64,000 bases of DNA from Planctomycetota bacterium. GTDB lineage: Bacteria; Planctomycetota; UBA8108; SXIK01. A program made the translations under genes and the position numbers. Below the pieces are notes generated by a model. The model saw only the letters and a program-made list of their open reading frames with translations. It did no database searches and was not told where the DNA came from. Below are positions 20,745 through 30,900 of this stretch, piece after piece. Where the stretch lies: positions 7,232,001 through 7,296,000 of the forward strand of contig OZ244999.1 of the NCBI GenBank assembly GCA_965223265.1, written 5' to 3'. The stretch's first letter is position 1, and each line of letters starts with the position of its first letter.

Positions 20745-23700
20745 TCTCCGTCGCTCCCACTGGGTGCGGCCGCCGTTGTCACCCGTGCAGCGCACCAGCT
20801 GACGATGTCCCAGTCGTTGCCATCGCCAGCGTCGTGCACGCGCAAGCTGATCGACTCAACGCCATCGATCGGCAAATCGATGGCTAGTGGTTCGAAACGT
20901 CCGCCCCTGAGAACCTCGCTACGAAACAACTCGCGGCCATCCCCGACGACTGAGACGACGGCACTTCCGCGCAGCGCAGTGGAATCGTCGATGCCGACGA
21001 AAGTTTGAAAACGCGCGAATGCACCGTCGAGGCGAAAGTCTAGCTGTCCCGGCGCCGCGACGCTCAGCCCGCTAGCGAACACACGACCACCGATCGTCAG
21101 CGGTCCGCCGCCTACGGCGCGTCGGCGATACGTCCGCCCCTTGCCCCCTAGCGTGGCGATGCGGTCGAGCTCGAGGTCACGCACTGGAGGAAACGTGAAC
21201 CGAGCCTCCGCGCTTTCCGCCAGCGTCTCCACGTGATCGCCGCGTTGCCTCGGTCCAGCCGTGATGACGCCGCGCCGGATGGCGACGAGGCGCACCTTGT
21301 AGCGTCGAATACCGCCCCACCCAGCGCTCTGATCCAGAACTCGATCGTCCCGCGTCGACGCGACGACCTGATGGTCTCGAACCACTTGGAACTCGAGCCG
21401 ACCGTCGTGGATCGTGGGAAACGGCGACGACGTCCAGCTCACTAGAGGGGCACGCGCTACTGGATCCAGCTCGACGCGAAGAGTCAGCGCAGGCGGCGGC
21501 TCTTGCCGTTGAGTCGCCTCGCGAAACTCGATGCTGAAGCTCACATCGAGTTCGCCGCCGACGAAGAGCTCAAGGTGGCGGCCCTGCAGTCGAAAGTTCA
21601 CGACCGCATCCGTGGAGTCGCAGCGAACGGGCTCCAGCCCCGCCGGAACGAGGACGTGCACGCGGCGTCCAGCCGCACCCGCTGGTGCACATGCCCGCTG
21701 CAGTAGCCGCGCCGTTAGCGTCTTTTCCCGTGGCCGCCACGCGACGACGTCGAGCCACTTCTCCTGACCGAGCGGGTGACCCGAGACCGCAACGATGCGC
21801 GGCCGACGACCAACTCGAGCGACGGCAACAAGTCGTGTCTCCTCGCCCAGAAGCTGGAATTGTCGCGGCTGCCACCCATGACCGATGAGGCGCTCGCTCT
21901 CGAGGTCGAACCAGTAGAGTTCGTCGACCTCGCCGTCGGGGCGGCGCACGATGCCAACATCAGCGGGCGCGATCGACTCGCTGACGGCACGATCGCCGCA
22001 GTTGAAGAGCGCAGCGACACCGCGGTCTCCTTCGTCAACCGCAGAGACGACGATCCAGCGACTCGCGAGCGGTCTGTCGACAGCGTTCGGCATGACCGGC
22101 CGACGCCCAACGAGCGAACTGCTGGTATCGAGCGGACGTAGGCGGGGCTCACTCTGCAGCTTCGAAACCTGCGCCCTCAACGCCGCCGGAACCCAATCGA
22201 ACGCGCCAGGTCTCTGGCGCCCCGGGGCCAACAGGTGCTCAAGGGCGTCTTCCGAGGGCGCATCGAAAACCACATTTTGGCCGCTCACCTGCGCCCAGTG
22301 GAGCAGGCTCCGGGCCACGCGGTCGGGGTCGAGTGCATCGTCGACGACGCCGTGCTGCCATCGCGGCAGCTCCACATTCCAAAGCACTCGGTGCGTTCCC
22401 GCAGCGAAATCACCTGCAGTAAAAAGGTGCGCGAGGGAGCTTAGACCCACGGTTTCGCCGTCGAACGACAAACTTGGCTGCACGCTGTCAAGCAGCCCGG
22501 CCACGCGCGCTGGTGTTCCAGCATCGCCGGCGAGCACGAGGCTGTCGCCAGCGCCGCGGCGCATCGCCTCAAGTCCTTGCGTGATGGCCATGAAAGCGTC
22601 GACGTTCGGGTCCGCCAGTCGCGAGCGGTTGTTCTCGAACACGGCGACAGCACGTCCAAGTCCCGCAAGCCTGACGACGCCAAATCCTGTTTGTCGTAGT
22701 CGCCGGAAAAGGGATTCCATGTACGAACGCGCCGTCGGTGACGTAGGATCGACAACGTACTTGCCGAGCCAGCCATCAGAGATTGGGCGCCCCTCCGCGT
22801 CACGGATGAAAGCCTCCGGGATCGTATCGAAGAAGCGCTTCTCACTCTGCCCAAACGGCACGATCCAAACGCCAACGACGTGACCTGCGTCGCGAAGGAA
22901 CTTGACGCTTGCCCCAAGCGTCTGCGACACGCTCGACCCCTCCGGGTCGTCATCCGGAGACGCAGCTGGGTCGTTCGCGTTCGACGTCGCCTGGTGGGGC
23001 CGCGCTCCGCCCCCGGGGGCGCCCTTTTTTTGGCTGACTGCCGGAGTCACACGCTGCATCTCGGGCTGAAGCGCACTCTGCCAGTTGCGCGCCGGACCGC
23101 GAAACGGCCGCAGCCCGTCGCTCTGCCAGCCATCTCCGATCTCGACGTACGCCGGCGTGCAGCTTGTACCGCGTTCAATCGCCACGAGGTCGTCGAGACG
23201 CTCGCGGAGTTTTCGGCCAGAAAGGCCTCGCAGCCGCCAGCCTCGGAGCGACGCGGCCTTCTCGAATCGACGCAGCGCCGGAGGAGTCCACGTCACCGGT
23301 GTGACCCCCTCACCGAAAGGATGTGCCACTGCGCGCCACGACAAAAGCACGCGCTCGCTTCGACTCCCCAACGTGCATGTAGCACGAACGCGCCCGACTT
23401 CAGGTCCCCAACCAGCGGGCGATGCACCGCGGCGCTGCACATCGCGGCGCCTCCAAAGACGCAGCTGTGTTTGCGGATCGGTAGAACTGAAATCGAGTGC
23501 GTAGAGCGATCGCGGTGTGAGGAGCCCGCGCGCGAGCAGAAACCCGCCACCGTCGAAACCGACGATGCGTGTGCGGTCGTCGGCAGCGCCAAGTCGTGCC
23601 GGCACGGCGTGCTCGAGCCCCTGAAACACAACCTCCAGCTCACAGCGAAGCTGGCTGCGTCGAAGCGCCCCAGTGATCAGCGTCAGTCGCCCAGCGCGCT

Positions 23701-24064
23701 CGCGACCAGCGGTGAACAACTCGACGCGCAGTCGCACATCCCCGTCGAGCGCAAACTCCTTCGCATCACCGAGTCGCAACTGGACCGCGCCGGGGAACTC
23801 AGGCCGCAGCAGATGGCCGTCGGCTTCGAGGCGCAGTCGTGCCCGACCGGCGAGAACCCCCTCAGGAAGCTCGGTCCAGCCGAGTTCGTCGCCTGCCGAC
23901 TGACTTGGCCACGAGGCGAAAACCACCCAGACCAGGACGACAAGCCGGCCGCGGCCGATTTTCTCCTCCCATGGGCAGCCGCTGAGATTCGATCGCGAGC
24001 TCTGAGCGCTGGGAATGGCACCGAACATCGGGGGAAGCATACGAGCCGGCCGCGCCGACGCCAA
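20729..24064 (-). CDS. Secreted degenerate GH36/GH27-like TIM-barrel protein with C-terminal NPCBM/NEW2 domain
   Basis: YVEIGDGWQ, GVWIVPF, VDPTSP; C-terminal LTIGGRVFASGL...FQTFVGIDD...GDGRELFRS..VHDAGDGNDWD..W. Start uncertain. Confidence 0.7.
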   Translation of the reverse strand: MASARPARMLPPMFGAIPSAQSSRSNLSGCPWEEKIGRGRLVVLVWVVFASWPSQSAGDELGWTELPEGVLAGRARLRLEADGHLLRPEFPGAVQLRLGDAKEFALDGDVRLRVELFTAGRERAGRLTLITGALRRSQLRCELEVVFQGLEHAVPARLGAADDRTRIVGFDGGGFLLARGLLTPRSLYALDFSSTDPQTQLRLWRRRDVQRRGASPAGWGPEVGRVRATCTLGSRSERVLLSWRAVAHPFGEGVTPVTWTPPALRRFEKAASLRGWRLRGLSGRKLRERLDDLVAIERGTSCTPAYVEIGDGWQSDGLRPFRGPARNWQSALQPEMQRVTPAVSQKKGAPGGGARPHQATSNANDPAASPDDDPEGSSVSQTLGASVKFLRDAGHVVGVWIVPFGQSEKRFFDTIPEAFIRDAEGRPISDGWLGKYVVDPTSPTARSYMESLFRRLRQTGFGVVRLAGLGRAVAVFENNRSRLADPNVDAFMAITQGLEAMRRGAGDSLVLAGDAGTPARVAGLLDSVQPSLSFDGETVGLSSLAHLFTAGDFAAGTHRVLWNVELPRWQHGVVDDALDPDRVARSLLHWAQVSGQNVVFDAPSEDALEHLLAPGRQRPGAFDWVPAALRAQVSKLQSEPRLRPLDTSSSLVGRRPVMPNAVDRPLASRWIVVSAVDEGDRGVAALFNCGDRAVSESIAPADVGIVRRPDGEVDELYWFDLESERLIGHGWQPRQFQLLGEETRLVAVARVGRRPRIVAVSGHPLGQEKWLDVVAWRPREKTLTARLLQRACAPAGAAGRRVHVLVPAGLEPVRCDSTDAVVNFRLQGRHLELFVGGELDVSFSIEFREATQRQEPPPALTLRVELDPVARAPLVSWTSSPFPTIHDGRLEFQVVRDHQVVASTRDDRVLDQSAGWGGIRRYKVRLVAIRRGVITAGPRQRGDHVETLAESAEARFTFPPVRDLELDRIATLGGKGRTYRRRAVGGGPLTIGGRVFASGLSVAAPGQLDFRLDGAFARFQTFVGIDDSTALRGSAVVSVVGDGRELFRSEVLRGGRFEPLAIDLPIDGVESISLRVHDAGDGNDWDIVSWCAARVTTAAAPSGSDGDHESR

Positions 24065-24098
24065 GGAAATCCGCTGATTCGGGCATCAAGCGCGAACG

Positions 24099-24142
24099 AA
24101 AAAAGAGCGCTCCCCGTTCGATTCCGAGCGAGGAGCGCTCTT
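24099..24142 (-). terminator. Intrinsic terminator downstream of the porin gene
   Basis: Minus strand AAGAGCGCTCC...GGAGCGCTCTT hairpin followed by a U-run. Confidence 0.8.
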
Positions 24143-24190
24143 CGCGCCGGCACAGATCGCGCCAGCGAAGCAACGCTGGCCCCCGAGGTT

Positions 24191-25591
24191 TCAAAAAACG
24201 AGCTGCACCTGCGTTCTCAGCATGACGCCTTGCTCGCCCTCGGCGAGATTCGTCGCACTCGAACTGAAGCTCGGCGCCGCCGCCGGACCGGAACGCTCGA
24301 GGTTGGTGGTCTGTCGTGGCATGTCCGCCGGGATGTCGAAAAAGATGACGTCCGTCTGCCATTTCAGTTTGTGCCCGTTGATGAACCAGTTGAGCCCAGG
24401 CCCAGCCTCGACCCCAGTACCATCGTTGGCGCCTTCGTTACCGTAAACCACCGAAGCACGACCGACGAGCTCGACGTGCTGCGGTACGACGAAGAGACCT
24501 CCTTGGACGTAGAAGCCGTGCGAGAAGACGTTCCGTCCGAACAGGACGTCGAGATCACCTGCACCGGCGGTGGCCTCGTAGTCAAGCCACCGCATCATGT
24601 ACTCGCCTTGCAGCGAGAAGCCGGCGAACTTGAAACCAAGGTCAGTCCCGAGCTGGTAGACCTTGTAGTTGGGCGCTCCGGTGCCGCCCGTGCCGTTGTT
24701 CTGGTCAGAGGCGAAGGACGCGCCGACGACGAAATCGGGCGTGTCATCACCTGAAATGTCGCTTTCCTCGTAGCCATAATCACCGAGGAGATTGAAGTCG
24801 AGTTTAGCGACAAACGCCGGGATCTGATCGCTCGTGGCACCTCGATTGGGGCTACGAAAACCGTTCGTCACGGCGAACGAGTAGAGAATCAGATTGGGGT
24901 TTTCATCGAGCCCGAGCTCGCCTTCCATCCAGGCGCCAAGAGCTCTGTCGATGTTGAAGAACTCGGTGGCAAGGGAGCGATCGACGAACTGCTGCTTTCC
25001 CGACGAAGTCTTTTCCTGCCTCGTGAAGTGCGGCTTCCACTGGCCAAGTCCCAGCTTGACGATGTCGTCCATAGCCGCATAGCGCGCGTACGCGTCGAGA
25101 GTGGTGACTCCACCACCTCGATCGGTGTCGCCGTCAAACTGAAACTGGTACTCCAGTCGAGGGTCGAACACATGTCCGCGAAACTGGAATCGCACGCGCT
25201 CGAGCTCAAAGAAGCTCTGGTCGCGCTCACCAACCTCCCCGGCATCGACGTTCGAGCCGCGCTTATCACGCCCTTTGTACGTGTACCGTAGCTGCGCGCG
25301 GCCACCGATTCGCAGCAAGAAGTCGTCGCTGTCAACCGAGCGGACGAAGAAGCCTTTCTTCTTGTCCCAGCCTGCGGTGATGGGCGACGCTTCATGATGG
25401 TCACCACCGTTGCCGAGCTCTTGCTCGAGCTGTGCGAGCTTCGCCATGCTCAGACTGACGTCCGCTGTCTCGACAGAAGCCGCACGGCCTCCTGACGCGC
25501 TGTCACTTGTCGCAGCTTCGCCCCCCGCGTAGCCAACCTGACCGCACAACAGCGCAGCCATGACGCCGACAAATGCTTGAAGACCCCGCAT
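24191..25591 (-). CDS. Outer-membrane porin, OprO/OprP (phosphate-selective porin)-like
   Basis: Start ATG 25591 with GGAGGA RBS; signal peptide; GFFVRS..F.LRIGGRAQLRY, GQWKPHF..E...SS...QFVDRS; beta-strand pattern; C-terminal Phe. Confidence 0.85.
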   Translation of the reverse strand: MRGLQAFVGVMAALLCGQVGYAGGEAATSDSASGGRAASVETADVSLSMAKLAQLEQELGNGGDHHEASPITAGWDKKKGFFVRSVDSDDFLLRIGGRAQLRYTYKGRDKRGSNVDAGEVGERDQSFFELERVRFQFRGHVFDPRLEYQFQFDGDTDRGGGVTTLDAYARYAAMDDIVKLGLGQWKPHFTRQEKTSSGKQQFVDRSLATEFFNIDRALGAWMEGELGLDENPNLILYSFAVTNGFRSPNRGATSDQIPAFVAKLDFNLLGDYGYEESDISGDDTPDFVVGASFASDQNNGTGGTGAPNYKVYQLGTDLGFKFAGFSLQGEYMMRWLDYEATAGAGDLDVLFGRNVFSHGFYVQGGLFVVPQHVELVGRASVVYGNEGANDGTGVEAGPGLNWFINGHKLKWQTDVIFFDIPADMPRQTTNLERSGPAAAPSFSSSATNLAEGEQGVMLRTQVQLVF

Positions 25592-25879
25592 GTATAATCC
25601 TCCTGCAAGTGATGATGGCCCAACCGACAAACTCCCGCCGCGCTGGCGCCTTGACGAACTCCACGCACCAGCAAGATGGAAATGCTGGCACATTGGATCC
25701 ATGCAACATGAAGAAATTGTAAAAATCGTGTTTCGCTTGTGTGGCGAGCGGAAGGCAGGAAATGTAAAGCCAAGCGAGCGGTTTGTGAAAGCCTAAATCG
25801 ATCAATTGAGCGCGTCGCAGGACGATCGGATGAGCAACTCGACAAGACGCGGATACGACGCTACAGCGCGTGCGCTTAA

Positions 25880-26038
25880 CAGCCCGTTGAAAAAGTCATT
25901 CGGCCGAGAAACTGGCCTCTTCACGCCTAGATCGAACGCGGCGAGCCTCGAGAATCTCGGAGATTACCTGCGTTCGCCGCGACCGATCTGGACGCGAAGC
26001 GACCAGTTTTCGACTCGAAGCACTTTTTCAACAGGCTG
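25880..26038 (+). mobile_element. Fold-back MITE family A, 159-bp copy flanked by TTAA
   Basis: ttaa-CAGCCCGTTGAAAAAGT...ACTTTTTCAACAGGCTG-ttaa; the right TTAA contains the xylulokinase stop codon. Confidence 0.85.
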
Positions 26039-27667
26039 TTAAGGCTTTCTGAACCTTTCAAGAGCGCCTTCCGGATCCCCATCGCCGGTGAGCGCGTGAC
26101 GCTCGCAGACGCGATACGCTTCCTTGAGGCAGGCGTAGAGCGCGGTCGCATCAGGGTCTGGAGCGATCATGCCGGACTGGGCAGGCTCGACGAAACCTCG
26201 CACGACGTCCGTCCACTCCGGTTCACGCCCGACTGCTACCTCGGCGGCGTGAAAAGCCCGCAGGGCCGCGCCGAGAGCCGCGGAATCTTCCACCTCAAGC
26301 TGAAAAACGTTGGCGTCGTGGACGTCGGCCATGACACGCAAGATCTCACGGTTGCGCGCACCGCCACCGGTGGCATAGATCGTCTCGATGTCGACACCCA
26401 TCCACTCGGAGTGAATCGACGTCGCCATCATTTGCGCCTCGACGACCGCGCGCACATTGGCTGCAGGGTCGCTCGGTTGGAGCCCACCGTAGCGGCGCTC
26501 GCCGGGCTCTGCCACATGGGGTGTGATCTCCGCTTCGAACCAAGGCAGCAAAACCTGCCCGCCGTTTCCCGGCGCCGTAGACCGTAGCAGATCCGAAAAT
26601 CCGTCCCAATCGAGACCGTACTGCTTGCAGATGCGCTCGCGAGCCAAAGAGCCATTGAGGAAGCAAATGAGACTCATGTAATCGCCCGTCGGCGATCCGA
26701 ACACGTGCCCACGGCCGTCAGGGTCAACTCGCGGTGAGGGCATGAATCCGAAGAGCGTGTCGCTCGTGCCGAGGGAGATCGCGATCCGACCCGGGCACAC
26801 CAAGCCAACACCGATGAGGCTGCAGGGGTTGTCACCCGACCAAGCAATGACTTGGGCGTTCGCGGGAAAACCATAGCGCTCGACCCAGTACCGCGAAAGT
26901 CGACCGATGTCGGTCCAAGATTCCGCGATGCGCGGCAGCTTGTCCGCCAGGTCAGGCGCAGTGACTTCGAGCGCATCAGACGCCCAATCACGACGCGCTA
27001 GATCCATAAGATTCATGCCGGCGCCGTCGCCGAGGTCGATCGGGGCGTGGCGACCTGCGAGCAGCGACGCGAGAAACGAGCTCACGAGGTGGATCCTATC
27101 GGTCGCAGCATAAGCTTCGCCGTCGGTCTGATAGAATTTGCGAATCTGCGGTCCGGTGAAGCGCTCGAACGCACGCGAGCCCGTCAGCTGAGCGAGACGT
27201 TCCGCGCCGCCGATGCGAGAGGTGATCTCTTGGCACTGCGCCGCAGTGCTCGAGTCCATCCAGATCGGCGACGTCGGGCGCGAAAATATCCCCTCCAGCT
27301 GCAGAGCAAGCGGCCGCTCTGGATTGAGTCGCGGGAGTACGTCCGCAGCCTCCCGTCGCAAGTACACGCTACCGTGCTGCTGACCGGAACCGGCGATGGC
27401 AACCAGTTCGCTCAGACGAGGACCACACTCGGCGGCGATCACCTCGAACATGCGATCGAGAGCTTCTGCCCACAAGAGTGGAGATGAGTGCGCCTCCTGT
27501 GGATGGCTTGGCGGTAGCACACCGTGGCGCGTTCCGTAGCCGGGGAATTCGGAGTCAAAGAGGAGAGAGTGCTGAAAAAGGACGTTCCTCTCGTCGTTCG
27601 CACCCACTTCGATGAGTACGGCTGTTAAGCTCTGCGTACTGGAATCGAGTCCGAGGTAGAGCGCCAT
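26039..27667 (-). CDS. xylB: Xylulokinase, FGGY family (eukaryotic XYLB/XKS1-like subtype)
   Basis: YLGLDSSTQS, GSGQQHGSVY, SPIWMDSST, TGSRAFERFTGPQIRK, HLVSSFLASL, GDNP, SLGTSDT, NGSLARE, TGGG. Confidence 0.88.
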   Translation of the reverse strand: MALYLGLDSSTQSLTAVLIEVGANDERNVLFQHSLLFDSEFPGYGTRHGVLPPSHPQEAHSSPLLWAEALDRMFEVIAAECGPRLSELVAIAGSGQQHGSVYLRREAADVLPRLNPERPLALQLEGIFSRPTSPIWMDSSTAAQCQEITSRIGGAERLAQLTGSRAFERFTGPQIRKFYQTDGEAYAATDRIHLVSSFLASLLAGRHAPIDLGDGAGMNLMDLARRDWASDALEVTAPDLADKLPRIAESWTDIGRLSRYWVERYGFPANAQVIAWSGDNPCSLIGVGLVCPGRIAISLGTSDTLFGFMPSPRVDPDGRGHVFGSPTGDYMSLICFLNGSLARERICKQYGLDWDGFSDLLRSTAPGNGGQVLLPWFEAEITPHVAEPGERRYGGLQPSDPAANVRAVVEAQMMATSIHSEWMGVDIETIYATGGGARNREILRVMADVHDANVFQLEVEDSAALGAALRAFHAAEVAVGREPEWTDVVRGFVEPAQSGMIAPDPDATALYACLKEAYRVCERHALTGDGDPEGALERFRKP

Positions 27668-27933
27668 CGTTCTTTAGCTCCTATGAACAGTCTTTCTCTG
27701 GCGTGCGCGCGCGAACCTAACTGCCCGAACGCTTGCGACAAGGAGCGGCGGCACGTCGCGGCGGTCGATCCGAGATGCCATCTTTTGCAATGTTCGGGTG
27801 GGATTCGCAAGCCACTTCCATGCGGGCGCTCGCCGAATCCGCGGCACGGGTCTCCTACCCACGCTCTCTCGCCGCCCCTCACTGCACTTCTCAGAAGCTC
27901 TCTCACACGGCGCGGTTCTTACCGGGGGCCCTC

Positions 27934-30900
27934 TCATTCGGCCTGAGTTACGGGGACCTCCATGAGAATGAACCGACGGCGAAACGACTCGTAGAGCTCG
28001 CCCGACTCTTCGATGACTTGAGGCTGAGATAGGAGTTGTTCACGCTGCAGCTCGCCCGTGACGGACAGGGAACGACGGAAACTCACTTCGTCGGACTGGG
28101 TCCGGAGCGCGCCCCCCCTCCGGCTTGCCTCCCACAGAAGGTAGACAACCGGCCCCCGCTCCCCACGGCTGCCGATACGGATGCGAGATCCTCCCCAGAC
28201 GATGTCGCCTCGGTCATCCAACGTTCGGCCCAGACGCGAAACGTTCCGTTGAGACCGTGTCGACGACCGTTTCGCTGTCCGCAACTTGACTTTCAGCGTG
28301 CCGCCAACGAGTGGAACAGTTCGCGCGTCTTCGCTGACCCCATCTCCGAAGACGAACGCTGCCGCAAAGACTCCACCGGTTGCGGACTCGATCCCCGAAG
28401 CGGTGACCTGTATCTGCCCGTTCGGCAGGGCCGTAGCATGAGCCGTGGCGCCGCGAGGCCGATCCGACCACGCCAACGCGTTCGCTGAACCACGCCCCCA
28501 TGGCACGACATCGAGTTGAATCATCCGGTGCTCCGCCGCTTCCGAGCGCGCTTCAACGCTGGACCAAGACTCGTCAAACGTCGAAACATCGCGCCCGACA
28601 ACCTCCAAACGATGTCGCTGGCGTCCGGATGAACGCAGACGAATCTGGGCGATCGCGCCGGCCTGCCCACGCGCTGGGACGTACTCGAGCACGTCCTCGC
28701 TGCCAAAGCTGCTGTGCGAGTGGATCACGGCTTGGAGCAGCGGCGTGAGAAGAGCGAAGATGATCGGCAACGCAACGACGTAGATCCAAAGTCGGACGCG
28801 CCGCTGGCGACCGCGGAAGACGAGGAGCAGACAGGGGCCGATGAGCAGCAAATAGATCCCGTAGAAAACCATCGCGGACCCTAAGGCCTGCGGACTGTCG
28901 GGCAAACGACGATTCCGAGCCTGGAACGAAACTGGAAACTGGCTCCTGGGAATCGTGCCGCTCAGCTGCGACCAGAACCTTTTCGTCAGGCTCTCAGCGG
29001 GTGGGAGACGCCCCATGGGCGAAAAGGCGAGATGGCATATACTGCCGAATCCGACATCGCGCCGGCTGATGACCGTCACCTCGGTTGAAGGGGTTCCGCC
29101 GCTGCCCGCCAACTCCAACGAGTGTTCCTCGCCGTCATCGAAGCGGATCAGTTTGAAGTCGCCGAAATCTGTGCTCTCGAGGCGCTCCGTCGCACTCGCC
29201 CACACTTCTCCCCAGTCGGGATCGCGCTGCAAAGCGTCAATCCGGACGTCGCTCGTCAGCACGAGCGTCCCTCCGAGGCGGACAAAATCCAAAAGCGCGC
29301 GCCGCTGAGCAGTCGTCCGGCGCGACAGGTCCACATCCCCGATGACCACAGCCGAAACCCCTTCGTAGTGAAGTGCCGACTCGGGAAGCACGCTGGGGCG
29401 GACTGAACGAAATTCGTCGCGTTGGGCACGAGCGCTCGCCCATTCGTACGCGCGATCGCCGTTCTCGCTGACGAGAAGGAAGGACTCTTCCGCGGCGATC
29501 AGCACGCGCGCCGGAGCCACTTCAAATAGGTGAGCGGCATCACCAGCGTGCACCTCCAGTTGAACCGGTGCTCCTGGCCAAGTTAACGAGCGGCCAGCCG
29601 AGCCACCCTCAAGTCGCAGCGTCGACGTCGTCTGAGCTCCCACCTCCGATTCGACCCCGGGGTCACTATAGTCTGCGAAACGAACCACAACACGAACTGT
29701 ATCCGGCGATCTGTTGGCGACGACGAGTGTATAGAAGTCTGTTGATGCCTCGAAGACCACGCCGTCAAAGCCGCGCGTGATTTCGACCAGGTCGACTCCA
29801 GCCCTTCGGAGCGCGTCGGGGGCATTCTGCGCTCGCGCCGTTCGCGCACTGACGATCATCGTCCCGAGGGCGATCAAAAGAACTGTAGCCCCAGCGCCAA
29901 CCTCGTTGGTTCGCGGCGCCTTTGTCGCCTCTCTTCGAAAACGAGCCATCCACATGAGCCCGAGTGAAACCTGGAGTCCCGCGAACACGAGGTGCACAAC
30001 GACAAAACGGAAAAACCTCTCGTCCCACGCAAAGTCGCGTTGAAAAAGCGAGAAAGGCGACGCAAACGCAGGCCAACTCAGCAGTGGCGAGACGCGCTCC
30101 AGAGAGACGAGCTCCTGCAGAATCGCCGTGAGAATCAGTGGCGCGAATGCGACGACGAAAACGCCGAAGAACATGAGCCCACGCCAAGCGCCCGGATTCG
30201 ATATGGGCTTCAGGGTCAATCGTCCGAACAGATAGAGTTGCGATAGTGCAATCAAGGTCGCCAAAACGTAGTTGTGGAGCCGTCCCTCGTACACACTGTA
30301 CGACTGGGAACCACCGCTGGTTGGGGCAAGGCGGGTTGAGTCGATGAGCAAGCAGAGGAGGAAGAGGCACGAAGCGAGCAAGAGAAAACAGGCGTCATGC
30401 ACAAGACCGCGGCGCATGAACCGCCCCCCCAGACGCACGCGATACGCCATGCGTGACTTCGTCTGCCCCAGCGACAAGATCCACGCGACGAACGTGATCT
30501 GCATGAACAGAAATGGCAGATGAAAGCCCGAGTCCTGAGAGAAGCTCCAGCCGCGATTCGGGGGGACGAAGCTGGCGCAGATCACCCAAACCGCCAGCAC
30601 GCAAACGCATCCGATGCCGACGCGGGCGAGAAACTCCCACCGCTGACACCAAGCCGGTTGATTCTCGTAGTAGAACGCGACCTCGACGCGGCGCGTCAAG
30701 GCGGCGCGAAGACGGCGGAAGACTCGCCGACGCTTCTCAGTACCAGGCGCTTGAACGCTGCCGAACACGTTGAGTCCGGCGACAAAGTCGTGGGCCGGCC
30801 CAAAGACGACGAGAACGAGAAACGGCGCGGCGATCACAACCCAAAGGATCGCCGTGTACAGCGCCACGGGCACTTCCTGCCCCAAAACGATCGGAGTCAA

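Noticed and set aside
27790-27825. tRNA T-arm-like string GGGTGGGATTCGCAAGCCAC
   Set aside because: T-loop is degenerate and no cloverleaf can be built around it.
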